From positions 160,001-224,000 of the forward strand of contig CBDDBZ010000038.1 in the NCBI GenBank assembly GCA_965225945.1: a stretch of 64,000 bases of DNA, given 5' to 3'. Numbering within the stretch: position 1 is the stretch's first letter; each line of letters opens with the position of its first letter. The DNA comes from Alphaproteobacteria bacterium. Its GTDB lineage: Bacteria > Pseudomonadota > Alphaproteobacteria > GCA-2731375. The translations under genes were made by a program, and so were the position numbers. Under the pieces are notes generated by a model that saw only the letters and a program-made list of their open reading frames with translations, had not been told where the DNA came from and made no database searches. Positions 19,648 to 30,491 of the stretch are shown here, in pieces.

Positions 19648-19941
19648 ATGCGGATCATCGCCAAGAAGACGCTCCGGGAGTTCTGGCAGCGTCACTCAGA
19701 TGCCGAAGAGCCGCTTCTCGCTTGGTACCGGGAAGTGAAGCAAGCGGATTGGGATACACCGGCCACCCTGAAGGAGATGTACGGCAACGCGAGCATCGTT
19801 GGCGACAACCGGGTGATCTTCAACATCAAGGGCAACGATTATCGCCTCGTGGTGAAGATCAATTACCAGTATCGCGTCGTCTACATCCGCTTTGTGGGTA
19901 CGCATGCCGAGTACGACGCCGTAGACGTGGAGGAGGTGTGA
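19648..19941 (+). CDS. higB: HigB-type mRNA interferase toxin
   Basis: MRIIAKKTL, FNIKGNDYRL and FVGTHAEYD. Confidence 0.92.
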   Translation: MRIIAKKTLREFWQRHSDAEEPLLAWYREVKQADWDTPATLKEMYGNASIVGDNRVIFNIKGNDYRLVVKINYQYRVVYIRFVGTHAEYDAVDVEEV

Positions 19942-19942
19942 G

Positions 19943-21163
19943 ATGGCCAATATCAAGCCAATCCGGTCCGAAAGGGACTACGAGGCGGCTTTGGGCCGGA
20001 TCTCTGAACTCATGGATACGGAAGCCGACAGCCCGGAGGGCGATGAGCTCGATGTCCTGGTCGATCTCGTTGAACTGTACGAAAGCAAACAAGTGCCGAT
20101 GGGTTATCCGAGTCCGATCGCCGCGATCGAGTTTCGTATGGAACAGGCAGGTCTGCGCCCCGCAGACCTTGCCTCGTTCATCGGAAGCCGCGCGAAGGTC
20201 TCGGAAGTTCTCTCCGGTAAGCGCGCAATCACCATGCCGATGGCGCGCGCGCTACATGAGCATCTCGGGATTCCGGCGGACGTGCTACTGCAGGAGCCGG
20301 ATGTCGACTTAGACGATCCGTGGGCCGACATGGAGTGGAGCCGGTTTCCCGTCAAGTCGATGGCAAAGTTGGGCTGGATTCCGGACAGGCCCGATCTAGC
20401 GGGATGCGCCGAGCATGTCATGCGGGACCTTATCAATCGGGCAGGGGGACTGGATGTCGCGGGCGCCGCGCTCTACCGAAAGAACGATCACGTGCGCGCG
20501 AATGCCAAAATGGACCCCTATGCGCTCAAGGCGTGGTGCTGGCAGATCCTTGCAAGAGCCAACGAGGACCTTCCGAAGGCGGGCTATGAGCGTGGCACCG
20601 TAACTTTGGACTTCCTGACGAAGGTCGCGCGGCTGAGCTGGTCGGAAGACGGTCCGCGGCTGGCGAAGGAATTGCTGGTCAAGCGTGGCATTTCACTCGT
20701 GATCGAAAAGCATCTGCCGAAGACGTATCTCGACGGGGTGGCACTCCGGCTCGGTGATGGCAGACCGGCAATCGGACTCACTCTGCGCTACGACAGAATC
20801 GACAATTTCTGGTTCTGCTTGCTGCACGAGTTGGCCCATGTGGGTCGACACATGGACAACGACAGAGGCGAAGCCTTCGTCGACGACTTAACGCTTCGGA
20901 AACTCGAAGGGAGACGGGAAGACCCTAGGGAGATGCAGGCGGACGAATGGGCGGAAGAAGCGCTTATTCCGCGCTCGGTTTGGGAAGCGAGCGCAGTGCG
21001 GGATCGGCCGACGACCATGGCCGTGATGAATCTCGCCAACGCCCTGCAAGTGCATCCGGCGATCGTCGCAGGGAGGGTTCGATACGAACGGAAGAACTAC
21101 CGGCTGTTATCGCAATTCGTTGGGACCGGCGAGGTCCGGCGACAGTTCGGCTTGGTATCGTGA
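19943..21163 (+). CDS. HigA-like HTH antitoxin fused to an ImmA/IrrE-type Zn metallopeptidase
   Basis: KPIRSERDYEAAL N-terminus, HTH VSEVLSGKRAIT, DNFWFCLLHELAH (HExxH) and EMQAD. Confidence 0.88.
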   Translation: MANIKPIRSERDYEAALGRISELMDTEADSPEGDELDVLVDLVELYESKQVPMGYPSPIAAIEFRMEQAGLRPADLASFIGSRAKVSEVLSGKRAITMPMARALHEHLGIPADVLLQEPDVDLDDPWADMEWSRFPVKSMAKLGWIPDRPDLAGCAEHVMRDLINRAGGLDVAGAALYRKNDHVRANAKMDPYALKAWCWQILARANEDLPKAGYERGTVTLDFLTKVARLSWSEDGPRLAKELLVKRGISLVIEKHLPKTYLDGVALRLGDGRPAIGLTLRYDRIDNFWFCLLHELAHVGRHMDNDRGEAFVDDLTLRKLEGRREDPREMQADEWAEEALIPRSVWEASAVRDRPTTMAVMNLANALQVHPAIVAGRVRYERKNYRLLSQFVGTGEVRRQFGLVS

Positions 21164-21175
21164 AGTAACGGGCCG

Positions 21176-22123
21176 ATGAACTTCCATAGCGGACTGGGAG
21201 CTGGACTTTCCTCGCCGCCGCTAGGCGGAGCAATTCGGTGGTACTACGTCCGGCCTCGTTTCCGAGCGTTTCTTGAAAACCTGAAGATCACCGAGGATCA
21301 GACCAACGATGGCCAGACCAAGTATCGGGGTGTCGTCTCCTGCCTGAACCGCGGCTACTGGAACAGCAGTGACGATGCCATACACCGAATTCTGATCGGC
21401 TCCTGGGGGAAGTTGACCCCGGTTCGCCCGCCGCGTGATGTCGACATTCTCTTTGTCCTGCCGGTTGAGGTGTACTGGCGATTCCAGCAACGCTCGGGCA
21501 ATCGGCAGTCGCAGCTCTTGCAGGAAGTTAAGAGCTGGCTTCAGAGCACATATCCGCAGACCGACGTTCGATGAGACGGGCAGGTCGTCGTCGTGCCTTT
21601 CAATTCGTGCAAGGTGGAGGTTGCGCCGGCTTTCCCGTGCCAGGGAGGTGGTTACCTCGTATGCGACACCCACGAAGGCGGACGCTACAAGTGGGTCCAT
21701 CCGGAAGCCGAGATTGCCGCGCTCGATGGCGCCGATACAGCGCTGAACGGCAACGTGCGGAAACTTACCCGGATATTCAAACAGTGGCAGCGTCACTGTA
21801 ACGTGCCCATCAAGTCATTCCAGATTGAAGCGCTCGTTATGGAACTGTTGCCGCGCTTGAGCTACGGCGGCTGTGATGAATTCTGGTTCGACTGGTTGGT
21901 GCGGGATGCCTTGGGCCACATGATCAGCCGTGCCAACGGTTGGTTCACGATGCCGGTCACTGGCGAAGTGATCCAACTTGGAGATGCATGGCTCAGCAAG
22001 GCTTCGAGTGCTCACGAGCGCGCGCTTAGGGCCTGCGTATTGGAAGACGGCAACTGGGAAACTCTGGCGGGTGACGAGTGGCAAAAGATCTTCGGCACGA
22101 TGATTCCAACGAGGATCGGCTGA
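21176..22123 (+). pseudogene. SMODS/CD-NTase-type nucleotidyltransferase with an in-frame TGA at 21572-21574
   Basis: GSWGK...RPPRDVD and DVR*DGQVVVVPF...EVAPAF; both track ORFs are in the same frame. Confidence 0.85.
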
Positions 22124-22479
22124 ACGAGGTGTGCGCCGCGCTCGTGCGTGAGTGCGAGCGGGAAGAGGAAAACTGCCTCTATACCTCGACAAGCTTTTTG
22201 ATTTGGGTGCGCTGTCTGCGCTACGTGCGGGCTGCCCTTTGGTTCTGCGCGGCCGCCGCGAGCGCGGTCGCGGCTTCGCACATTCTGCGCGGTGATCCGT
22301 CGTATCGAATACTCATCGCGGCAGCGGCGTTGGGGGCGGTAATCCTCCCCGGCATCGGGCGTGCCGTACGCATCGACGCCGCGATCCGCGATTACGCCGC
22401 CGCCGCGGCCGCGTTCAAGAATTTGCAGAGCGAGTTCAGGCGGGCGGCGCAGGTTTGGTCGCTGAAACCCTATCCCGAG
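22078..22479 (+). pseudogene. SLATT-like two-TM effector truncated by IS21
   Basis: Two hydrophobic helices followed by an amphipathic helix; overlaps the NTase stop; cut at the IS21 end; start uncertain. Confidence 0.6.
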
Positions 22480-22682
22480 TGTCAATCGGCGTTGAACATT
22501 GACCCCCTATCGGCGTGCAATGTTGACCCCTTTGGGGATGCACGGCGGAGGTCGTACAGGTAGTCCATAGGAGGGGCCCGCGCGCGGGCCGACGCGCCCA
22601 CCACGCGGCTGGCGGCGGACCGCGCGTGGGAGGTTCCTGTGGGCCCACCTGGGCGACCGGGCGGCAGGTGGATCGGTTGCCT

Positions 22683-23411
22683 TTAGGACCGATTCTTGAA
22701 GCGCCAGGAGTCGTTTCCGGTCTCGATGATCTCGCAGTGGTGCGTCAGACGATCGAGGAGCGCGGTGGTCATCTTGGCGTCGCCGAAGACGGACGGCCAT
22801 TCGCCGAAGGTCAGGTTGGTGGTGACGATGATCGAGGTGCGCTCGTAGAGCCGGCTGACGAGGTGGAACAGCAGCTGGCCTCCGGTTTGGGCGAAGGGCA
22901 GGTAGCCGAGCTCGTCGAGGATGACGAGGTCGCGCCGGGCCAGCTGATCGGCGAGCCGGCCCTGGCGGCCGGCGCGGGCTTCGGCCTCGAGCCGGTTGAC
23001 CAGGTCGACGACGTTGAAGAAGCGGCCCCGGGCGCCATCGCGGATGCAGGCCCGCGCGATGGCGACGGCGAGATGGCTCTTGCCGGTGCCGGTGCCGCCG
23101 ATCAGCACGGCGTTGCGCTGGTTGGCCAGGAAGCCGCCGACCGCCAACTCGCGGACCAGCGGCTCGTTGACCGGGGTGTCGGTGAAGTCGAAGTCGGCCA
23201 GCTCCTTGGCCAGCGGCAGCTTGGCGCCACTCATCTGGTACTTGATGGATCGCGCCTGCTTGTCGGCGATCTCGGCCTTCAACAGCTCGCCGATGATTCG
23301 CTGCATCGGATGCTGGCGCTTGAGGCCGTCGGCGAGCACCTCGTCGAACGCGTCGCGCATGCCGGCGAGCTTGAGTGCGGCCATCATCTCCAGGACCTCA
23401 TGGCGCTCCAT
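22683..23411 (-). CDS. istB: IS21 helper ATPase
   Basis: [16 protein letters not shown] and LLDRLTHH. Confidence 0.95.
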   Translation of the reverse strand: MERHEVLEMMAALKLAGMRDAFDEVLADGLKRQHPMQRIIGELLKAEIADKQARSIKYQMSGAKLPLAKELADFDFTDTPVNEPLVRELAVGGFLANQRNAVLIGGTGTGKSHLAVAIARACIRDGARGRFFNVVDLVNRLEAEARAGRQGRLADQLARRDLVILDELGYLPFAQTGGQLLFHLVSRLYERTSIIVTTNLTFGEWPSVFGDAKMTTALLDRLTHHCEIIETGNDSWRFKNRS

Positions 23412-24909
23412 GGCCGACCCCCCTCAAGCGGTCGTAGCGGGTGCAATCGGCCACCGGCTCAAAGCGAAGACGCAGGTTCGCGGGCGTCGGGATCGGCGCC
23501 GTCTCGGACGGCTGGCGCCGACGATTGAGGATGTTGAGCACGACGTCGGCGCTGCACACGCCGCCAGCGAGCGCCTCGGCACAGGCGGCCTCCACCGCCG
23601 CCAGCCCATCCGCCAGCACGGCGGTGAGGATCTCGACCATCTGCCTGTCGCCGTCGTCGTGGCCGGCGAGCCGGACGCGCACGCGACCCAGGGCGCCGGG
23701 CAGCGCCCAGTCCTTGAACGGCGCGCCGTTACGAAGCGCACCGGGCTTCCTCGCCAGCACGGGCACGTAGTGCCACGGGTCATAGACGGTCTGGTCGCGG
23801 CCGAAGCGCCGGGCATGCTCGGCGACGATCTCGCCGTCCTGGCGGATGACGATGCGATCGGCGTAGGCATGGACCTCGACCGGACGGCCGACGGCGCGCG
23901 CCGCCACGCTGTACTTGTTGCTGTCGAAGCGCACCAGGCAGGTCTTCGACACCGACGCCGGGACCGCGTGGAAGCCGTCGAACGGCCCGCGATAGCCGAC
24001 CAGGGACGGACGCTCGTCCTCGAACACCTGCCAGACAGTCCTGTCCTTGAACACCGGGTGGGGATGACGCCGGGCGTAGGCGACGCACTGGTCCAAGAGC
24101 CAGGCGTTGAGCTCGTCGTAGGTCTTGAAGCGCAGCCGCGGGGTGAAGAACCGACCGCGGATGATCCCGACCTGGTTCTCGACCTGCCCCTTCTCCCATC
24201 CCGCTCCCGGCGTGCATGCTGTCGGTTCGACCAGGTAGTGGCCACACATCTGCACGAAGCGCCGGTTGAACGCGCGCTCCTTGCCGATGAGGACGGTCTG
24301 CACCGCCGTCTTCATGTTGTCGTAGATGCCTCGCCGGCAGGCACCCTGGAACAGCCGGAATGCCCGGTCGTGGGCGTCGAACACCATCTCCTGGCTCTCG
24401 CGCGGATAAGCGCGGACGAAGAACATTCGGCTGTGGCACAGCCGGACGTGCGCGACCTTGACCTTGGTCGTCACCCCCGCCAGCACCACGTACTCGTGGC
24501 TCCAGTCGAACTGATAGGCCTCGCCCGGCGAGAACACCAACGGCACATAGGTCTGCGCCGTCGATGCCGAACGGCGCCACCGCCACGCCTTGGCGTAGCG
24601 CCGCACCGCGTCGTAGCCGCCGCCATAGCCCAGACCCTCGAGGGCTTCGGAGATCCGTAGCAGCGTCAGCCGCTCCCGCTTCGACTTGGTCTCGTTGGCC
24701 TCCAGCATCCGCTCCAGCTCGGCCGTCCACGGCCCCAGCTTCGGCATCGGCTGGACCCGCCGGTCGTAGGTGAACGCCGTCGCCTGCGAACGGATCACCT
24801 TGCGCACCGTGTTGCGCGAGACCTTCACGTCCCGCACGATCTCCTTGATCGGCTTCCCCTTGACGAAATACTCCCGCCGGATCCGCGCTATCGTCTCCAC
24901 GACCAACAT
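23398..24909 (-). CDS. istA: IS21 transposase
   Basis: YQFDWS, IYDNMKT and EKGQVE. Confidence 0.95.
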   Translation of the reverse strand: MLVVETIARIRREYFVKGKPIKEIVRDVKVSRNTVRKVIRSQATAFTYDRRVQPMPKLGPWTAELERMLEANETKSKRERLTLLRISEALEGLGYGGGYDAVRRYAKAWRWRRSASTAQTYVPLVFSPGEAYQFDWSHEYVVLAGVTTKVKVAHVRLCHSRMFFVRAYPRESQEMVFDAHDRAFRLFQGACRRGIYDNMKTAVQTVLIGKERAFNRRFVQMCGHYLVEPTACTPGAGWEKGQVENQVGIIRGRFFTPRLRFKTYDELNAWLLDQCVAYARRHPHPVFKDRTVWQVFEDERPSLVGYRGPFDGFHAVPASVSKTCLVRFDSNKYSVAARAVGRPVEVHAYADRIVIRQDGEIVAEHARRFGRDQTVYDPWHYVPVLARKPGALRNGAPFKDWALPGALGRVRVRLAGHDDGDRQMVEILTAVLADGLAAVEAACAEALAGGVCSADVVLNILNRRRQPSETAPIPTPANLRLRFEPVADCTRYDRLRGVGHGAP

Positions 24910-25024
24910 CCCCCACCACCTCGTCCGCCCAAAAACGAGGTGACTTGGACTAGCCAGGCTCAGGGGGTCAAATTTGGACGCCGATCACCCCTCAACAGGG
25001 GTCAACTTTGCACGCCGTTCCACA

Positions 25025-25653
25025 CCTGGTCCCGGCACCAGGCGATCAAGGCGGGCGAACCGTAGAAACGGTCGCCCATCAGCACAGGCTTGGCGCTGGC
25101 GGGCAGCAACGCCACGACCGCCTCCAATGCCTCGCGCTGCTCGCCAAAGCCGATCGCCCCTCGGGTCTCCTTGATCCGCCATGACAGCGGCAACGCCCGC
25201 CCGGCGATCCGCACCGCCACCATCACCGCCTGATGGCGGGCCGTCAACTGGGTCTGGTCCATGATCAGGACAATTTGTTGCCCGCCTGCCCCGACCCGCG
25301 CCAGAACGTCGCGTCCGTAAGGCGCCATCACCGCGTCAACCTCGATCAAGTCGTTGCCCAAAAGCCGGCTGATCCACTGATAGCGCATGTCCAGCCGTTC
25401 TGCCGCGCGCGGCAGGGACGCCGCCAAGTCCATCAGGTTCGCGCTCCGAACGTCCAGCATCGTCGCCACCAAAAGCGACAGTCCCTCGCGCTGTTTCTTG
25501 TTCTGCCCGGCAAGACGCCCCAGCATGTCCTCACCGATCGTCCCCGACAGCATCTCGATACCAACCATCCGTCGAACTCCGCCTGTGAAAAGGGCGGATT
25601 CCTTGAATCACATCAAGATTCTACAAGGCAAGCAAAATCTGATGGGTGGTAAG
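25025..25653 (-). mobile_element. Second IS4-family element type, truncated by IS21
   Basis: ORF from 25568 with LIMDQT and LMGDRFY; end CTTACCACCCATCAG. Confidence 0.75.
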
Positions 25654-25682
25654 GTGTGGGCCGTCGTCAACGGAGGCACACG

Positions 25683-25844
25683 ATGGGCGAGAATCGAGAG
25701 AAGCCGGTTGTCCGACTCAAGCCGTCCTCCTACCAACCGAGCAAGGCCGAGCTCGAGGAGGACGTGGCGATCGAGGCGACGCCGCAGGAACTCCTGCGCG
25801 CGGTGGTGCGGGATGTGAGGATCGAAACCGACGACGATGCCTGA
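25683..25844 (+). CDS. Small hypothetical protein (53 aa)
   Basis: GGAGG SD then ATG; YQPSKAELEED. Confidence 0.5.
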   Translation: MGENREKPVVRLKPSSYQPSKAELEEDVAIEATPQELLRAVVRDVRIETDDDA

Positions 25845-25900
25845 TCGGAGTCGTTGTTACTCTACTACCTAATCCCCCATGAACTGATGGAGGCCAGGGA

Positions 25901-27156
25901 TGGACCCTGCTGACGAAAGTGGAGACGTCCTGCGATAGGATTTTGATCGCAGGAGGTGCAAATGTCGAAGCAGAATGGGAACAAGGGCCGGCGGTTTGAT
26001 CGGGCCTTCAAGGAAGAAGCCGTCCGTCTTTTACAGACGAGCGGGCGCAGGCGGCGGCAGATAGCAGGAGATCTTGGGATCAGCGTCAGCGCGCTCGGCC
26101 GCTGGGTCACAGAATTGCGTGCGGAGGATTTGCTTTCCGGTCCGCATGAGGATGCAGCGAAGGAGATTACCCGCCTACGCCGAGAGCGTGATCTGGCCCG
26201 TCAGGAACGTGATCTGCTAAAAAAAGCGCTGGCCTTCTTCGCCAGGGAAAGTCGATGAGGTTCCGGTTCATCGACGCGGAGAGGGCCGGGTTGGCGATGC
26301 CGATATTCCGCCTGTGCAGACTGCTGCAGGTCAGCGTCTCAGGCTTCTACGCTTGGCGCAATCGCGGCCCAAGCCAGCGACAGCTCGATGACATGGTTCT
26401 ACTCGCTCATGTCCGGGCAGCCTTTCGGCGCAGCCGCGAGAGCTACGGTGCAGAGCGGGTCCATCACGAGCTTGCCGAGAATGGGATTGAGGTTGGACGC
26501 CATAGGGTGGCTCGGCTGATGCGGGGAAATGGGTTGTCTCCAAAACGGAAACAGAAGTTCAAAAAGACGACGGACAGCCAGCACAACAAGGCCGTCGCAT
26601 CGAACCTTCTCGACCAGAACTTCTCCGCCGAGGCACCCAACGAGAAATGGGCTGCCGACATCAGCTATATCTGGACGGCACAGGGCTGGCTGTACTTGGC
26701 CGTCATGCTCGACCTCTACTCCCGGCGCGTCATCGGCTGGGCCGTGGGCGCTCGCATGACCAGCGACCTGCCGCTCAGGGCGCTTAACCGTGCTATCGGG
26801 CTGCGCCAACCTGGCGCCGGTGTGATCCACCATAGCGATCGGGGAAGCCAGTACTGCTCAGACGCATACCAGACGCGCCTCGGTGAACTCGGTTTCCTCG
26901 CCTCAATGAGCGGTAAGGGAAATTGCTATAATAACGCCGTCGTCGAGACCTTCTTCAAAACCATCAAGTCAGAACTGATCTGGAGGACTGTGTTCATGTC
27001 AAGAAGCCAAGCTGAAACTGCCATAGCCGGATACATCGATGGGTTCTATAATCCAGTCCGTCGGCACTCGACGCTGGACTTCACAAGCCCCGTCAAATTC
27101 GGGGCAGAAGCAATGCAAACGGTGTAGGGCGCCTCCACTTTTCCTGGATGGGTCCA
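25901..27156 (+). mobile_element. IS3-family element (orfA 25956-26258, orfB 26255-27127)
   Basis: TIR TGGACCC...GGGTCCA; orfA HTH; orfB WAADISY, HHSDRGSQY and VETFF; no TSD. Confidence 0.93.
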
Positions 27157-27191
27157 AGTACAGTATGGTGGGAGAAACGGAGGATTCGAGG

Positions 27192-27366
27192 AATGGCCAG
27201 CAAGAAGCCGGACTTCAAGGGCGCGACACCCGAAAAGCTGGCGAAGGCGCTCGCGCGTCCCGTCAAGCGGTCTCGCAGCGGCAAGGCATCGGCCCCACCA
27301 CCCGCCGAAGACGAAGAGCCGCGAAAGTCCGGCCGGCGGCTGACTCGCAAGCCGGCGTCAAGTTAA
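27192..27366 (+). CDS. Small basic hypothetical protein
   Basis: GAGGA SD then MASKKPDFKGATPEKLAKALAR. Confidence 0.45.
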
Positions 27367-27374
27367 GTATGTAA

Positions 27375-29272
27375 TACCAATTGGCCTTGAGGGAGACTCA
27401 CTTTGAGGATTCCCATGGTGGATGATTTCTGACTCAATTCCGGTGATTCGGAGTTGAGGAGGTTCACCATGGGAGCGGCGATCGGGTTACGAGAGGATTT
27501 CGATGCGGCGGAGCTGCGTCGCTTGGCGAAGCTTTCCAAGGATGCCGGCCAGAGCCGCCGGCTCTTGGCTCTCGCGGTGATCTATGACGGTGGGCGGCGG
27601 ACGGATGCGGCACGGACCGGCCACGTGGGGCTTCAGGTGATCCGAGATTGGGTGTTGCATTTCAACGCCGAGGGCCCGGACGGCTTGATCGATCGCAAGG
27701 CGCCCGGTGCGGTGGCGAAGCTCGGACGATGCACAACGCCAGGCGCTGGGGGCACGCGTCGATGCGGGGCCGAACCCGGCGGTCGACGGCGTGGTGCGCT
27801 GGCGGCTGAAGGATCTGGCGGGCTGGATCCGGGATATGTTCGCGATCTCGCTCGACGAGACCACGGTGAGCCGGGAATTGAAGGCGATGGGCTCCACGTC
27901 GCCGGCCACAGACCTGATCGTTGCTGATGCGCCAACTCATCGGCGCCGGCACCATACGCGCAGGCCGAGGAGGGCGATCATCGAGGTATTTTAAAAAAAT
28001 GCTCACGCCCACCGGGGATGCTGGTCGCACTGGGGGTCTCGCAAAGCGGCCAGACGGTTTTCGCCGCTGCATTCCGCATCGGAGAGCCGGAGATAGCCAC
28101 TTAATCAACTGGTGTTGCAGGGAGACTCACTTTGAGGATTCCCATGGTGGATGATTTCGGCTCAATTCCGAAGATTCGGAGTTGAGGAGGTTCACCATGG
28201 GAGCGGCGATCGGGTTACGAGAGGATTTCGATGCGGCGGAACTGCGTCGCTTGGCGAAGCTTTCCAAGGATGCCGGCCAGCGCCGCCGGCTCTTGGCTCT
28301 CGCGGTGATCTATGACGGTGGGCGGCGGACGGATGCGGCACGGACCGGCCACGTGGGGCTTCAGGTGATCCGAGATTGGGTGTTGCATTTCAACGCCGAG
28401 GGCCCGGACGGCTTGATCGATCGCAAGGCGCCCGGTGCGGTGGCGAAGCTCGACGATGCACAACGCCAGGCGCTGGGGGCACGCGTCGATGCGGGGCCGA
28501 ACCCGGCGGTCGACGGCGTGGTGCGCTGGCGGCTGAAGGATCTGGCGGGCTGGATCCGGGATATGTTCGCGATCTCGCTCGACGAGACCACGGTGAGCCG
28601 GGAATTGAAGGCGATGGGCTTCACGAAGATGACGGCGCGTCCGCGCCACCATGCCCAGGAGGAGGGCGTCATCGAGGATTTTAAAAAAATTCCCCGAGCT
28701 GGTGGCACAAGCCCGCCGGCGCCTACCCGACGGCACCGAGATAGAAATCTGGTGGCAGGACGAAGCCCGTGTCGGCCAGAAGAACAAGATCACTCGGCGC
28801 TGGGCGCGGCGCGGAACCCGGCCCCGCGCACCGCATGACCAGCGCACCAAATCAGCCTATATCTTCGGCGCCATCTGTCCCGAACGCGGCGTCGGCGCCG
28901 CCCTCGTGCTCCCCCACTGCGACACCCAGGCCATGCAGCTGCATCTGGAGGAGATCTCCTCCCGGGTAGGCGCGCGCGCGCATGCCCTCCTGCTCCTCGA
29001 TCAGGCGGGTTGGCACACCACGGACAAGCTGAAGATCCCCGCCAACGTTACCCTCCTGCCCCTGCCACCACGCTCGCCGGAGCTCAATCCGACCGAAAAC
29101 ATCTGGCAGTTCATGCGCGACAACTGGCTGTCCAACTTGGTCTTCCAATCCGACGAGCAGATCATCACCTCCTGCTGCGAAGCCTGGAACAAGCTCATCG
29201 ATCAACCATGGAACATCACGTCCATCGGGCGGCGTAAATGGGCGCATGAGTTCTGATTAATGCCGATTGGTA
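27375..29272 (+). mobile_element. IS630-family element A: degraded partial copy (27375 to ~28110) followed by a near-complete copy with a -1 frameshift
   Basis: Ends TACCAATTGGC / GCCGATTGGTA; WWQDEAR, LDQAGWH and SPELNPTE; slippery TTTTAAAAAAA near 28680. Confidence 0.88.
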
Positions 29273-29273
29273 T

Positions 29274-30456
29274 TAGTGTCCCGATTCCGAAGTTCGCATG
29301 ATTTTCGCCTGCTGTTCAGCGATTTCGATTGTTCGGAGGCAGAACCGCTGGATGGCGCCGAGGATGTCATCGGCGGATTTGGTCCATTTGAAGGGTTTGG
29401 GGTTCTGGTTTGTCGTGTCGATGTAGTCGAGGATGGTGCGCTCCAACTCCTTGGTGGAGCGATGGACGCCGCGCCTGATCTGCTTGTCGGTCAGCAGCCC
29501 GAACCAGCGCTCGACCTGGTTGAACCAGGAGGCGCTGGTGGGTGTGAAATGGGCCTGCCAGCGCGGCCGTTTGGCGAACCAGTCGCGGATCGCCTTGGTC
29601 TTGTGGGTCCCGTAGTTGTCCATGACGATGTGGATGTCGAGATCACCAGGGACGTTCGCCTCGACGAGGTCGAGGAATTTGCGGAACTCTCGGGCCCGAT
29701 GGCGCGGGAAACATTTGCCGATGATCTCTCCCGTGGCGATGTCGAGGGCCGCGAAGAGAGAGGTCGTGCCGTGGCGCTTGTAGTCGTGGCTGCGCCGCTC
29801 CGCCTGCCCGGGGCGCATCGGCAAGAGGGGCTGGGAACGGTCCAAGGCCTGGATCTGGCTCTTTTCGTCGACACAGAGAACCAGGGCACGATCCGGCGGC
29901 GCCAAATACAGACCGACGATGTCGCGGACCTTCTCCACGAAGAAGGGATCGCTCGACAGCTTGAAGGTCTCCGAGCGATGCGGCTGCAAGCCGAAGGCCC
30001 GCCAGATGCGATGAATGGTCGAGGGCGCGTGGCCGCTCGCCCGCGCCATCGAGCGAAGGCTCCAATGGGTCGCGTCCGGCGGCGTCTCTTCCAGCGTCAG
30101 CCGGACCGCTTCCGCGATGGCGTCATCGCCGATTTGACGCGGCGCGCCGGGGCGGGGTTCGTCGTACAGACCGTCGAGGCCCTCCGCCGCATAGCGGCGA
30201 CGCCACTTGCCCACGGTGTCCGCGCTCGCCTCGAGACGAACGGCGATCTCCTTGTTCTCCAACCCTTCCGCCGCCGCCAAGACGATCCGAGCCCGCCGCG
30301 CAAGCCCCTGCGACGTCTTGCGACGACGAGACAGCGCCTCCAATTCGGCGCGCTCGTCATCGCTCAAAGAGATCGTCACCGCCACTCTCGCCATCAATCG
30401 CGCCTCCTGAAAACAAATAGAGACATAATCATACCAATTTATCGATCAGGACACTA
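29274..30456 (-). mobile_element. IS630-family element B copy 1 (transposase 29273-30397)
   Basis: TAGTGTCC...GGACACTA ends; CVDEKSQ, MDNYGTH and NQVERWF. Confidence 0.93.
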
Positions 30457-30491
30457 GGCTCGAATAGGTCTTGAAGGCGAGGGCGAATAGA

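Larger units (their letters stand above)
22480..25024 (-). mobile_element. IS21-family element
   Basis: TG...CA ends with repeated TTGACCCC boxes; no TSD. Confidence 0.9.

Noticed and set aside
21572-21574. Selenocysteine or recoded TGA in the NTase
   Set aside because: The position corresponds to Gly, not Cys; TGA is the normal stop in neighbouring genes; no SECIS evident
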